DNA of 64,000 bases from Botryllus schlosseri. Taxonomy: Eukaryota. Location of the stretch: the NCBI GenBank assembly GCA_051294905.1, contig CM119373.1:22134001-22198000 (forward strand), given 5' to 3'. This document shows, piece by piece, positions 25,381-38,095 of the stretch. A program made the position numbers and the translations under genes. Numbering within the stretch: the stretch's first letter is position 1; each line of letters begins with the position of its first letter. A model generated the notes under the pieces. The model saw nothing but the letters and a program-made list of their open reading frames with translations. It had not been told where the DNA came from and made no database searches.

Positions 25381-25590
25381 ATTATTATTATTATTATATT
25401 CTTTATTCACAGTAAAACTGGTAAATACACACATAATCCGGGGAGCAACCTGCCCCCAACGGAAAATGGCGAGATTGGAGTAAATTTTTAAAATTTCAGT
25501 AATGCATTCAAATTGATATTCCTATGCAATACATGGAGAAGTCAGATTACAGAATTGCAGCAGATGAAGAATTGGCAAGGGTTACAGAGC
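25381..25590 (-). repeat. Upstream 3'-UTR copy of the R4-like element ending in (TAA)n
   Basis: Same UTR sequence; ATTATTATTATTATT at about 25381-25395 abuts the truncated element. Confidence 0.85.
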
Positions 25591-25672
25591 AGCGGTATTA
25601 TTACAAACATGAGTGGAGTGGAGTGAGTTTGTGTAATACACAGGTAGACTTCTCCACGTGTTTCGCTTAGCG

Positions 25673-25925
25673 CAGTGGTTCTCAACCTTTTTTAGACACG
25701 CCCCCCTTTATGATAGTGAAAAATTTCGCGCGCCCCTTATCGTCATATCACAAAATCCAACAGGGATGTTAGCAACCCCATCAGATTGTTTGATGGTATG
25801 GAAGGTTATGAATGTGGATGAGAGAGCAGAGCACGAATAATTTTTTCATCTGACCGCTTCTTCGCGCCCCCCTTCAGAGGTTTCACGCCCCTTAAGGGGG
25901 CGCGCCCCCAGGTTGAGACCCACTG
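25673..25925. mobile_element. Charlie/Buster-like hAT MITE
   Basis: TIRs CAGTGGTTCTCAACC / GGTTGAGACCCACTG; TSD GCTTAGCG. Confidence 0.92.
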
Positions 25926-26536
25926 GCTTAGCGGCTATAATACCCAACACAGTGGCCTTGGATAAGTACTTGCTAACAATAGCAAATCACGGGACACGCG
26001 AAGAAATTCTTGTTATTGTAATAAATATAACAAATATTGCATACATAATAAAAGGTCGCTCTGGTGCAGACGCGACCCAAAATTATACCTGTCACGACCT
26101 ATACTTTAAGAACACCTGGTTTTTACAAACTTTAGGCTTAATATTTCACACCTTACTGCGTTCCATGTCTTGGTTTACCGATTTCTGTGTAAATAATGTG
26201 ATCTCATGCATTGATGACCAAAGCAGATGTTTCGATTCAAACATTGTTTCATGAATTTATATTAGCTGTTCAAATATCCAGTGAAAGGTGATGGTTCATC
26301 ACCTATCCTATGCGATGAACTATAGACAAACGAGATAGTAAATATTTGTTGGGTCAGACATGTGTTATCCAAAACATTCGAAAGTTGTAAATATCCAAAC
26401 TCCAATCCTAGTTAAACTTGTGAACCCTTCTTATCCCTGTGTGTACAACATTTATTTTTTACTGTGTGTTATATTAGCTTGCATTGTACTCCACCGAATC
26501 TCACGATAACTAGTCGTGTCTACCGCTATAGCAAAC

Positions 26537-26705
26537 CTGACGAATAAAGCTGAAAACTCATGAAGATCTTGATGACGCTGACAGAGATGGGGCCGACGTT
26601 CGCAACGGCATGTTGCAAAGCGACTTCATTTGTAAACGGTAAAACGAATCTGTACGAGCTGAGCGTAGCCACAGCTTTGCTGGCGTCGTATCGACACGTT
26701 TCTAC
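26537..26705 (-). CDS. CTSL: Cathepsin L-like exon 5 (VETCRY...ALQHAVANVGPISVSV...SFQLYSSG)
   Basis: AVAxVGPISV and FQxY motifs; acceptor TCAACAG, donor GTTTGC. Confidence 0.93.
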
Positions 26706-27312
26706 CTGTTGAATACAATTCTCATTATGATATACGCATTTGCATGTACGCACCAGGTATAACAAAGCGGCAAGTTTACATAATCTAATAATACCCTGTA
26801 TTTAAGTCTTGGTATTCCCTCCTCTAATTAATTGTACAAAGTACAATTGTACATGTACATGTACATCAGGTGTTCTTAACCAGGATTCCAGGGTCCCCCA
26901 AGATGACGATTTGGATTTCGAAGAGGCGGACACGCTCAGGTGGCGATATGGCGGCGCTGGGCTCAGGGGGCGGTATGTATGCGGTGGTAAATCATCAGAA
27001 TATTTCTTCATCGTATCATGAAGAGTGCTGTTTAGTGTTGTGACCACAACTTCACATGTAGGTTACGTATTCCTTTGATTTTATGTTAAAGTAAATAACT
27101 GGGTGCTGTACTAAATTAAATAGGAGCAAAGACCTTTCGCATTCTCAGTTGATTTTCTCGACAGTCGACACACAAATCAATAAAACAAAGCCCAATAAAA
27201 TTAACTTCCCCGTATTGTCAATCGCAGAGGTGAATTCGGGATCTGTACTTCGGGCTAATACCAGATGGTATGAGCCCGTACCGGATGGTTCTTATTACTA
27301 TTAGGAACCTTG

Positions 27313-28570
27313 ACCGACAAGATAGCGTAATGGTGAAGCGACCGGCTTCTTGGTCGGTAGGTTGCAGGTTCGATCCCCAGCCGGGTCAGACCAAAGATCT
27401 GATTAGTAACACTGGTATCCATGACTTCCCTGCTTGGCACTTATGCATTACTGGGATAGCATGGAGGGGTGATGCATGACTTAGAAAGCCGTAAAGGCTA
27501 TATCTGCACTTCATTGTCCAGCGGCATATGCACATCATGCACTCATGGTACGCATATGCACAGATCGTGTGTATGTGTATGATGCAGTGTTGGGATCAAG
27601 TCACTACCTTCGAGTCACGAGTCATCTCGAGTCATTGCACAATTTGACTCGAGTCGAGTCAAGTCAATCGATTTTCGAAGGTGACTCGAGTCAAGTCAAG
27701 TCACTCGTTTTTTAGAGGTGCCTCGAGTCAAGTCGAGTCAAGTCAAGTCAAGTCACGAGTCAAGTCACAATTCAAGTCAAATAGAATTCTCGAAGTTTGA
27801 GTGATGTTTCACAGTCATTACATTTTGCTAGCTGTGTGAATGACAGATTAATTGGTGATATATCTTGAATTAAATAACGAGTATTAAGTTAAATATACGT
27901 GCAAAAACGCGTGGTATCGCTCACGCACGCTTAGAGCTGCTAATAAAATACGTGAGCCAAAATAGAGGATCGAATACGAAGCGCCGAGAAGTTGAAACAA
28001 ATTGATATGGTACAATACACTACCCATCCACACATCCGTGAGATTATAAACGCATAAACTATATTCGTTCGATTCAAATCATACAAGAGGGTTGGCTAAG
28101 GTGGGCACTTCGCGATGTAGGCACTGAGCCGTCTAACAAACAGAGATACGTTGCTATTAGATTATTCTACAGCTAGTACATAAACGTAAGCTGTGATCAT
28201 TTCGTTTTCGGTTAATTTATTTGTGATGTAACAATGGAGGATCAGGAAATGACTGATTGCTCTCACAAGTCACACCGACGTATCGCGAACAATCCGAACA
28301 TAAAAAAAGATGCAGCGATTTAATCGACACCGTTTACTAGATGACTTGAAATTGACTCGTGAATTTTGCTCCGAGTCACGAGTCAATCCACATTTCTGAA
28401 GTGCCGAGTCAAGACAAGTCAAGTCATTTTTGCAAAGTGACTCGAGTCAAGTCAAGTCATGCGAAAAAGTTGACTCGAGTCTGACTCGAGTCATCCCAAC
28501 ACTGGTATGATGAGTCGGTGTATATGCCGCAAAAACATCAAGGACAAAAATAAACTACGTCCTTTCCTTC
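27313..28570 (+). mobile_element. tRNA-derived SINE (same family as 6860-8155), interrupted by a hAT MITE
   Basis: A box TAGCGTAATGG, B box GGTTCGATCC; 3' part (AGTCGGTGTATATGCCGCAAAAAC...) is the reverse complement of 6860-6917. Confidence 0.85.
27585..28504 (+). mobile_element. hAT MITE, CAGTGTTGGGAT family
   Basis: Perfect 12-bp TIRs; TSD GTATGATG (27577-27584, 28505-28512). Confidence 0.93.
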
Positions 28571-29485
28571 CTTTTTAAAATGTGGCAAGATGCGCCGGAC
28601 TTAGCTAATTTCTGAAAAGCGTAGACTGCTGTAGATTAATCGCGTGTTGTGTTTCTATACCAGTGAACCAGTGAATACCAGACTGTGTTTCACCACAAAT
28701 TTTTGGGTGTACCACTAGTGGATCTGGAACTTCAAAAAAAAAATGTATAATTATTTACAATTTGATCAGTGCACGAAAAGTTGACGTTGTTGCCCACAAC
28801 TTCAGGAAAACCCTAATAAAACGAAATCATTAGAACGTTGTCTGGAGTTAGACTTGCATTACAACAGTACTTCCCGGAATATACTGTTAAAAACTTTGGA
28901 TAAATATACCTAACTATAGTTTTGGAAGTGATGAAGCAAGGTCTAGTACTTCTCCAAGTTTTGTGGACTGGATATTGAATTGGTTATCGGGCCACGTATA
29001 TCAACGTCTAAGATTTAGGCCTGATGAGACCAGTTATTGATTTGAATTTTGCCGGTTAAGCAATATCCACACCAGTGCTCAGTATGGCACAGAATAATTC
29101 CTATTATGAACAGCTGCATCCAGGGCTGTAATGATAACAAATAGCCAGTGCAATTATTTTCCTCATTATTAGACAAAACCTCGTTTTTGGAACACGCGTG
29201 TTGAATAGGGTCGGCACAAAAGCTCCAATATCTGAATGCAGCGATGAAGCCAATAACCGGAGTTTCACGATTAAATAAATGAATACGGTACTGCGGTGAA
29301 TTGTAAACATGCCTTTTCGAAAAGTGGACCGGTAGTTGCCGTCCATCCATGGCAAAATCGACATGCGATAAAGACAAACACCTCAGTAGGATTGCTACTA
29401 AGATAATGAGATTCCATGGCAATGATTTACCATGCAAACGCCGCGTTATCCAGACATGAAGGTGAATTGAAGTAAATGAATAGGC

Positions 29486-30322
29486 CAGCGGCTCTCAGCC
29501 GGGAGTCCGCGAAGCATTTTCAGGGGTCCACGAAGCCTCGAAAGTTACAAAATATTTGATAACCTAATTTCTATTTTTTTAAATTAATAAAATCACCAAG
29601 CAGCTTCACTTCGTTACTATAGTAAAACTCACATAAACAGAATGGTCGTCCGAGACGAAATAACCTGCTGCGCAGACTCATTTTAGTTACTTAATTGCTA
29701 ATAGCCTACTGATGCACATAGTTTGCTATAGAGAGATGTTTTGTTGGGGATTGTGTAGAAAATAAACAGCTAGATCATTATTGTCGAATACGGTGACTTC
29801 GAAGCGTTTACAAAAATATATTTGCTCCTGTAATAGACATAACCATTTTTCTTTAATACCTTCAAGATTAGATGCTAAATAGAAATGAACAGGCTTGACG
29901 TTATATGTTCCACAAAAAATAGTTTGTCAATTTTGGTGCAATATTCGTTGCGATCATAGCCAACTGTGTCGTCAAAAGCGTTGTTATTACATTCGGCACC
30001 ACCTCTCTTTGTTCAAATGGATTTTCAGCACTCGTTTATATCTAATCGAAGGCGCAAATTTTCAAGACACGACCAAGTATTTCAAAAAAGCAGTTGCAGA
30101 ATTTGCTTTGAAACAATAAAAGTCAACCCAATTTCTACATAAATAGTATAATGTTTTTTCAAGAAAAGTCATTTTGGTGCTGTTTATTACTAGCCTACAG
30201 GTATCATTTGCACAAGGCAGATGGTGAATGTACGATAATTGATCTAAATTTGAACTAAAACTTTTGGGGGTTCGTGGCGGTGCAAAAGGGGTCCGCGAAG
30301 ACATAAAGGCTGAGAACCACTG
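29486..30322 (+). mobile_element. Charlie/Buster-like non-autonomous hAT element
   Basis: TIRs CAGCGGCTCTCAGCC / GGCTGAGAACCACTG; TSD GAATAGGC; decayed dimerisation-domain peptide FGTTSLCSNGFSALVYI. Confidence 0.88.
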
Positions 30323-30614
30323 GAATAGGCAATATATTCATTTGCTGACTAAACGTGGAAACAAAACTAAAAATCGAACGAAGGCCTTGAGTGTGCACTG
30401 TGTGCAGCCGCAAATAATGCACGAGATTTGATACCACAGCTGGCAATACCCTATAGTCCGGATGTCACTTCATCTCCAGAGACAATCCTTGGGATATCAT
30501 TCCAATTTACGGAGTGATATATTTAAGAATATGCTCAAATCAGATCGATGTGATTTCAATGGAAGTAAACGATGAGGAAACGACGTTGCAAAGTGACTTG
30601 TTATCGTTATAGGT

Positions 30615-31801
30615 CAGTGGTTCTCAACCGGTGTGCCATGCACGTCTCGTGAGGTTGCCGCGAGAGATATATTCGAAATTTCGAAATCATGCGCAAAATA
30701 ATTCTAGTCTATAGCAAACGATCATTAATCAAAAGCGGGCTCGATGTGAAGTTTGTACATTTGACAAATCAAATTGCTGTCATGCCCACAATCAAGACCC
30801 CCCCGCGAATTCGCTTTGCCCGACATATAGCGTGCCTTCAAGGCTGAATTCAGTTATGCACAATTAGTTGATTGATCGCAGAGGAGAGCAGGCATGACGT
30901 CGTCCTGATCCGAATCACCAGCGAGTAATGACAAACAGTAGCCATCCGCATTGTGATTGGGCAGCACTGTGCCGGCACTCCCACTAAAATGTAGGCGCGG
31001 TGCGCAACGTTATGTTACAGGCAACGAGTCTGATATTTGAGAAGTAAAGTTGATATCAGTTAACAAATTTCCCCTCCTCTGAGGCTATTTTCCTGGTTTG
31101 TTGGAACTATAATTGAACTGCAGGTGACTACCCGTGCCAGCCGAACTATTGAGGTATTGCTATCCTCACGCGTGCTATACACGATACGCGTGTAAATGCG
31201 TTTGGTATCCTTGTATCCTCTGTATTAGTATGTGGCGATTGTGCTTGGCCTCTTCGACGCGAGGGTTAGTTACATCGACATTGCGGTAGTGAGCAGAGTG
31301 TATATTCGAAAAAAATGTTTTGAAATATTATATGTACAGCAGACTGAAGTTTCAACGAGATCGCATCAGACCAGTTATGTATGTGGTAGCAGAGGTAATC
31401 GCTAAAAATTCAAAACCTCACGCGAAAGCGGTGAACGTCATTCTTCCAGGTGCGACTAGAATTGTAATACGAAATATTTGGGAGCAAAGCTGCGGAAGAA
31501 TTGAAAACGATTCCCGTGAAAATTATACTATTCGTAGGCGGATATTTGTGACATGTCCGCGGATATAAAAGATACCGTAAATTATTCCTCGAAGCAGAGC
31601 AAATCCTACTTGAGCGCTCCGAATAGTTAAAAGTATACTTTGTCCGAGACCACCTCTGTACGACTGTAGCTGCTGCTAAGTATTCTGGTAGTTTTCAGTT
31701 GCCGTAAGCCAAAAAGAGTTGAGAACCAGTGTGCTAGTGTGCCGCGAACTATTTTTCATTCCTAAAGTGCGCCGCGATGTCAAAAAGGTTGAGAACTACT
31801 G
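30615..31801 (+). mobile_element. Charlie/Buster-like hAT derivative with transposase remnant
   Basis: TIRs CAGTGGTTCTCAACC / GGTTGAGAACTACTG; imperfect TSD TTATAGGT/CTGTAGGT; peptide YVVAEVIAKNSKPH...VILPGA...YTIRRRI. Confidence 0.8.
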
Positions 31802-32451
31802 CTGTAGGTCATTGTTGAATTTCTGGGTGAAATATGTAGCTTACGGATAAGACAGAATCTCGCGGAAGGTATTACCATTAGCTTGCTATGCAACAGGACT
31901 CTTGTTAATATTCGGAAATATGAGTCACATCCTACCCCGATCAATGTGCTAACCCGCATCGGCCGCATCATGTTGTTAATGATATTCCACAGTGAGTTCC
32001 CCGTGAACATCTATATTTATATTATATACATATAATATAGCGTTACGAAATGTGCGTGTTCGTAAGGTGGTCAATTTCTCTTCGAAGTACTGTAGTTACG
32101 ACAGGTCATGCACTAGTCTTCAATGGTCTGCAAGTGTCGGTGGTTTGTGGCTGCCCCTCTGAAAAGAAGCACGTACTACGATGCTGATCATGCGGATGGT
32201 GACGGCACAAGCGCATTCAGCGTTTCTGAAGCCTTTAGCGGACATTGTGACTGGTAAACAATTTGATAGTGCAAGGATGATGTAACAAAAATGGTGCTTG
32301 TCGATATTCCGTCGCCTGTGGGATAATAGGAATACATTTGAATGTCCAAGCGAGATTCAATGGTACTTTAAACATGTATTACTTATGTTAAGTCATCATC
32401 TTTACTTCAATAACAGATTTAGTCTGTATATATTATTGGTAATCGTTAATC

Positions 32452-33141
32452 ATGGTGCAAATTGTTTGCGTAAATGTGGAGAAACATGCAGAGAAGATGA
32501 TGGCGGGATTAAATCGAATGAAACGTGAAAATGATCATTGCGATTTTATAATTCAAGCTGGAGATGATATCTATTACGCACACAAAAATGTGTTGTCGGC
32601 TGGCTCGGATTATTTTAGAGCAATGTTAAAGCATGACACAAGAGAGAGTCGTGAAGGAAAAGTCGTTTTCAAAGATGTTGATTCTCATTGTGTGAAAAAT
32701 TGCATAGACTTTATATATTCTGGTAAACTTGAGATTCCAGATGACAAGATCAATGATCTTCTGTATGTTGCAATCATGATGCAATTGGAAGATGTAAAAC
32801 AGATCGTATCTAATAGTTCGGCCGAATCAATTACCATTCCAAATTACTTCTCAATAAACAAAGTTGCTGATATGTATGGACTAGATGTCGTTAGCTCAAA
32901 TTGCAAAAGATTTTTTCAAGAACATATCAAGGAAATTTCAGATCTGCCCCAGTTTGGATGTGCGGAAAAGAACGATATCATCAGTGTTATCAGGTCTGAA
33001 ACATCAACATTGTGCGACGAAGATAAGCTGATGGTATTACTAAAGTGGGAGGAGAAAAATCCAAGGAATGTTCATAGTTTGTATGATTGTCTTGTACTAC
33101 TCCGTTTTGATGAGATTCCCCTTGCATTTTTGAGAAATCTG
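32452..33141 (+). CDS. Kelch-like (BTB-BACK-Kelch) protein, 5' part: BTB and BACK domains
   Basis: CDFIIQAG...AHKNVLSAGSDYFRAML...CIDFIYSGKL is a classic KLHL BTB signature. The ORF runs into a transposon TIR at 33142; exon end is 33145 if spliced as proposed. Confidence 0.9.
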
Positions 33142-33490
33142 CAGGGTTGTAACCAAGTCACATGGTTCCGAGTCACGAGTCAATCTGACTTTTGTGGTTT
33201 TGACTCGAGTCGAGTCGAGTCATTTTCAACTCATCACCGACTCGAGTCCGAGTCCAAGTCACCGTTTTAAGGGTCAAGTCCGAGTCATAGTGTTTTGACT
33301 CGAGTCGAGTCCAAGTCCCAGTATTGAAGTCATGTTCAACATATGTTTTCAATCCTGCTTGGGTGATATCGAATTCCTTACTTGCCAAACATGCTTATTT
33401 TGTCCCTATCATAGTCTTGGCACATGTTTATTTAGGCAGATAACATACAGTTCCTGGCCTCATTTACCGATGCTATAGATAGACGAGACA

Positions 33491-33548
33491 GGCCGCCAAT
33501 ACGATAACTTTACTAATCTGGCCGCCAATACGATAACTTTACTAATCT
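33491..33548. repeat. Exact 29-bp tandem duplication
   Basis: GGCCGCCAATACGATAACTTTACTAATCT twice. Confidence 0.9.
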
Positions 33549-33760
33549 TAGAACTTTAAATCAAATATCTGTCTTGTCAGTCTGATACATCACAAATACA
33601 AGCATTCAGTTTTTATTACGAGCACATCGACGACCGCTCACAAATAGCTTTTAGAGAATTAACGAATTCACGTCTACATACTATCTGATAGAGAACTTAC
33701 GAAGCACGTCTAGCTAGATACAAGCTGGTAAAGAATCAACAGATAAACGTTTATGTAGAG

Positions 33761-35191
33761 CAGCGGTTCTCAACCGGGGGTCCGCGGACCCCTAGGGGTC
33801 CGCGAAGCAATTTCAGGGGGTCCGCGAGACCTCTAAATTTTTAAAATGGTTGATAACCTAATTTTTATTTTATTTTTCAATTTGAGAAAGCATGAGGCAG
33901 TTTCGCACCACACCACAACTGCTAAAATCTCATGACTCATATCGTCATAATAATCGTCTGACATGGATGTAGTGTGGAAACTCATTTTCATTGCCAATTT
34001 TCCAATAACCTGCTGATACAAACATATTGCTGTTTAGAGACGTTTTGTTTGGGTTTGTGGAAAAAATAAAAATATGCAGATAGTAACGTCAATCAGGGTG
34101 ACTTCGTAATGTCTGCGAAACCTTCTCGATTTGAAGTTGTCAGTCTTATCAAATTAGTGAACAGTCGTTTGAAATACAGATTTCTGAAGTATTTCCATAG
34201 TTTGTCCCAATGCAGGGAACAGCTTCTTGGAGGTACAGAACTTCAATATACAATTGCATAGCATATTCATATTGAAATGAACCCGAATATTTTCGGCAGA
34301 CACTCGTCATAAATCGGACAATGATATAGCTGCTCTTAAAGCTCGGCTATCAGATTTGGCTCATTCTTATTGCGGATGCCCTATCGACAAGGCTGATGTT
34401 TTGATAAACAAGGAGTGTTTCGTTGCTATCAAAGCATTGCGCTCCAACCCTGAAATTCATATCACCAGTTTTATTGGTATGCAGCCTTGTCTTGTTAATG
34501 TTCATTTTTCAATTGTTCATGGTCGAAAATGTTTGCTCGTGTACAGAACAAGTCGTTTCATGACAGTCTTTCTATGGTAGGAAAACTTGGATCCATTCTT
34601 TGGAGCATAAAATTTCTCTATAATACTTTTAGATTAGGATTTCACTTTGACGGTAGAAACTCTCTGCGGGCCGATCAAAATGCCGTTGCGGACTGAATCC
34701 GGCCCGCGGTCCGTATGTTGCCCATCCCTGCGCTAGATGCTGGACGCGATATATTCATAAAATATGTGTTTCTTCATTTTGGTGCCATAAATGTTGCGAT
34801 TACACCAAAAGTATCGTCGGAAGCGTTATGCGTTAATATTGCATTAGCCTCCATCTATCTTTGCGGAAATGGTTTTTGGCACTCCTCGTTCATATCAAAA
34901 CGAAGACGCGGATTATCAAGACACGACCACGTAGCCTACTTCAAGAAATACAGCAGCAAAATTAGCTTAGAGATAATAGAAGTCCACCAATTTCTAGATA
35001 AATTGTATGATGTTATCTTCAAGAAAAATCATTATTTTGCTGTTTATCACAAGCCTACAGTTCAGATTTGCACAAAACAGATGAAGGTTGCGCCATAATA
35101 GAGCTAAAATTGAACTAAAACTTGAGGGGGTCCGCGAGGGGCCGTGACGGTCAAAAGGGGTCCGCGAAGCCAAAAAGGTTGAGAACCACTG
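33761..35191 (+). mobile_element. Nested Charlie/Buster-like element (family of 29486-30322)
   Basis: TIRs CAGCGGTTCTCAACC / GGTTGAGAACCACTG; TSD ATGTAGAG. Confidence 0.9.
34205..34470. mobile_element. Penelope-like fragment: inverted pLTR followed by a plus-strand ORF remnant
   Basis: Minus-strand pLTR with truncated hammerhead core, then LKARLSDLAHSYCG...AIKALRSNPEIHIT, resembling the region before the PLE RT KPDKG motif. Confidence 0.65.
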
Positions 35192-36672
35192 ATGTAGAGG
35201 TACAGTTTTGCTTTCACATTATATCAGGTGGTTGACCAGAAAAAGGTCAACTTTCCTGCTCAGCTCCCGAAATAGTCGCCAGAGCGTTACTTTAGTGCTG
35301 ATTTACTGTTATCTTGGTCGAATTTGCCCTACATTTACCAAAAAAATTCTCAAAAATAAGGACATAATCTCAAAAAGGAGGCTACTTCTTAAAATTGTTA
35401 AATGATCTAAAAGAACTTAAATTTGGCTCAATTCCAACCAGTAAAAAGCAATGCTAAGAGAAAATATTTTGGATTAATTACAAATAGAGACTTTCGGATT
35501 TTACCGGCTATCTCATGATATTGCTAGATTGTGTAAAAATATGATTCATATCAAATTTGGCTCAATTCTAACTGGAAGAAGCAAAGTTATTAGAGTGGAA
35601 TATTTTAAATATGAAAAAATAGTCAACTTACAACTATTATGTAATTATATTGTATGAAATCATTTCTCACTAAAAATACTCCATGTATTTCCAAATCCAA
35701 AATTTTCTCCTCTCATATCATTGATTCCACTTTTTGAAATCAAGCCAGATTCAGTTTTCTTTTTATGCAACGTAACAATTTTATCAAGTAGCCACCCAAT
35801 ATAATAAAGCAAACATCACACAACATTAGCCATTCATTATTACTCACGTGCACAATGCACATACCTAACAAAACGTCAAATGGACGGAGGGTATTGTGTG
35901 TTTTGATAGACAGCAGATAAAATCAATGAGTTACACTTGAAAAATACTAAAGTGGAAAGGAGAGTCTCATATATGTTGCGGCGGCGTGGCCTTAGAATAA
36001 TCCACATCCACTGGATACACGTTCCACTGGTGCATTAGATGCAGGAATTTTAAACCACACTGAAGAGCATTAGATACTCATCCATTCTAGTCGCTAAAAA
36101 TGCAAAGAATCATCGCCTTCAGATCTACATATGATCTTATCAGTCTCTTCCAAGTAGGCTACTTGACCATCTGAGTCATTTCATTGGCTCTAATTGGACT
36201 TTGCTTCGATTGTTTGCTTGTAAAATTGAAAATTTTCGAGTACTTTGATGGCGGAGAATCTATTACCTCTTCATCACTGGATGATTTTGTACAATGCATT
36301 GCTCTTTGCTACTATGTACCATTGTCTTCTGTTTTTACGGCGGCATATCTGATATCAGACGAGTGCAACGAAAGCAGTGGTGACAAATAGCGATGTCGAC
36401 TGAATTCGTCACATGCGTTGAACTAACCATTGTGGTTCGCAAAATTCTTCACCTTCAAGTCATATAAAATGAGCCGAGTCAATGACTTGAGTCGAGTCAT
36501 GCGTAATGACTCGAGTACAAGTCGAGTCAATCTAAATATTGACTCGAGTCGAGTCGAGTCATTTTCCCATTTCAAGAAAATGACTCGAGTCAAGTCGAGT
36601 CACAAAAAAATCGTGACTCGAGTCTGACTCGAGTCGAGTCATGACTCGAGTCATTACAACCCTGGAAATCTG

Positions 36673-37602
36673 TTAGAAACTCATCCCGTTATCAGCAATG
36701 ACTTTGCTTTATACAAGTTGATCAATGGTCATTTTATGAAAGCAACAGTAAAGGCAAACAAGGAGAAAGACAGTGGTGAATTGATTCTTCTTTTTGATTA
36801 TGACACAGATTGTATCCGATCCTTCCATCCCATGACTGAAAAAGTGGAGAAGTTCCATGATGAAAAGTTCAAGCATTTGAAATATTTCGTCACGATTTCT
36901 CTGGACACATACATTTATGCTTTATGTCAGAATAAATCTGTTTACCGACTAAACTTTCAAATCAAAAATTCTAAATGGGAAAAGATGAAATCTATGATTT
37001 GTGACCATGGATACAATCCTGGATCAGTTTCTTTGTCGGGATCTATATTCGTTATTGGAGGAGGTCTTTATAAACTAAGCAATATCGTCGAAAGATTTGA
37101 CCCGTTAATAAATCAATGGTTCCGACTAAAAGACAAACCAGAAGCAATTTCTTCAAGAATAAGTCTTGTATCATTGAATGATTCCATCTATTGTATCGGA
37201 GGTATGGGACAAGATTATGAAACATTTTCTTCATTCTGCAAATTCACTCCATCCTCATCACAGTGGGTTGACCTCAAACCAATGAGATATCCTGTGCTTG
37301 GGAATGGTATCGTTGCAGTTGGTCAAAAGATATTTGTGATCGGTGGGTGGAGAGGATCAATGAAATTCAACAACGTAGAATGTTATGACGTTTCTTCAGC
37401 ACAGTGGACTTCACTATCATCTATGAATAATATTTATGGTCCTACCACTGCCCATCGCGTGGGAAACTGGATTTTTGCAATAAAACTTGGAGAAAAATAT
37501 ATTATGGAGAAATACGATGTACTACACAACAAATGTTATACAGTGGAACGAAAAGAAGCTCAAAACTTCAAGCTTTACTCAACCGCAATTGTCAAGTTGT
37601 AG
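36673..37602 (+). CDS. Kelch-like protein, 3' part: kelch repeats; reconstructed protein 539 aa
   Basis: In frame with 32452-33141 after removing the element plus one TSD (FLRNL|LETHPV). Repeats FVIGGG..VERFDP..NQW, YCIGGM..SQW, FVIGGW..VECYD..AQW; TAG at 37600-37602. Exon start is 36677 if spliced. Confidence 0.9.
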   Translation, partial: LETHPVISNDFALYKLINGHFMKATVKANKEKDSGELILLFDYDTDCIRSFHPMTEKVEKFHDEKFKHLKYFVTISLDTYIYALCQNKSVYRLNFQIKNSKWEKMKSMICDHGYNPGSVSLSGSIFVIGGGLYKLSNIVERFDPLINQWFRLKDKPEAISSRISLVSLNDSIYCIGGMGQDYETFSSFCKFTPSSSQWVDLKPMRYPVLGNGIVAVGQKIFVIGGWRGSMKFNNVECYDVSSAQWTSLSSMNNIYGPTTAHRVGNWIFAIKLGEKYIMEKYDVLHNKCYTVERKEAQNFKLYSTAIVKL

Positions 37603-37604
37603 AT

Positions 37605-38095
37605 CAGTGGTTCTCCACCGCCGAATCGTGACAACTTTCATACCGGTCCGCCAAATATATTAGAATTTTTTGTCTCAATTTGAATATGTAAGAAGTTGGC
37701 CGATTATTCATTAGTTGAAGAAATGAAAACATTTTGGAAGATAGTTTTCTGCAAGGCATAACAATATAGAGTTCATGGTTTACTTTGGAGTTAGCGTATG
37801 TCGCAATGATGAGAGTATGGTATGACATTACTCAATAGTAGCCTTCTTGTACAAAGTTCGTTAATTTTTTACCGTACATTTTAGCGATATTGGCAGTATA
37901 ATAGATGATAGAAAACAACAGTTGCATTTCTTTCAACACAATCCTACCAATAAAAGTAATGGTTGCTTTTAACGTGATTTGACTTTGTTGAAAGTTCAAT
38001 AGAGCCAGCCAAACTCTTCCATATTTGCTTTTCAGCTACGGACATTTGTTTCGAGTGTTACCGGTCAGCAAGGTCGGTACGATTGCGAACCACTG
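37605..38095. mobile_element. Charlie-like MITE immediately after the Kelch stop codon
   Basis: Ends CAGTGGTTCTCC / GCGAACCACTG; imperfect TSD TTGTAGAT / TTTAGATC. Confidence 0.65.

Larger units (their letters stand above)
33142..36664. mobile_element. hAT-type non-autonomous element inserted in the Kelch CDS, expanded by nested insertions
   Basis: Perfect 11-bp TIRs CAGGGTTGTAA / TTACAACCCTG; TSD GAAATCTG (33134-33141, 36665-36672); GACTCGAGTC arrays; 552-bp relative at 56283-56834. Confidence 0.95.

Noticed and set aside
29015-29437. 140-aa minus-strand ORF with a hydrophobic N-terminus
   Set aside because: No splice or paralog support; DGRQLPVHFSKR...RE...FRY loosely resembles a Gypsy RNase H, so an old LTR-element remnant is more likely, but it is too weak to call.
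33142-33270. C-terminal 42 aa of the 272-aa ORF, and Ser/Arg-rich ORFs at 36430, 56062, 56332 and 56565
   Set aside because: Read-through into GACTCGAGTC transposon arrays; not protein-coding.
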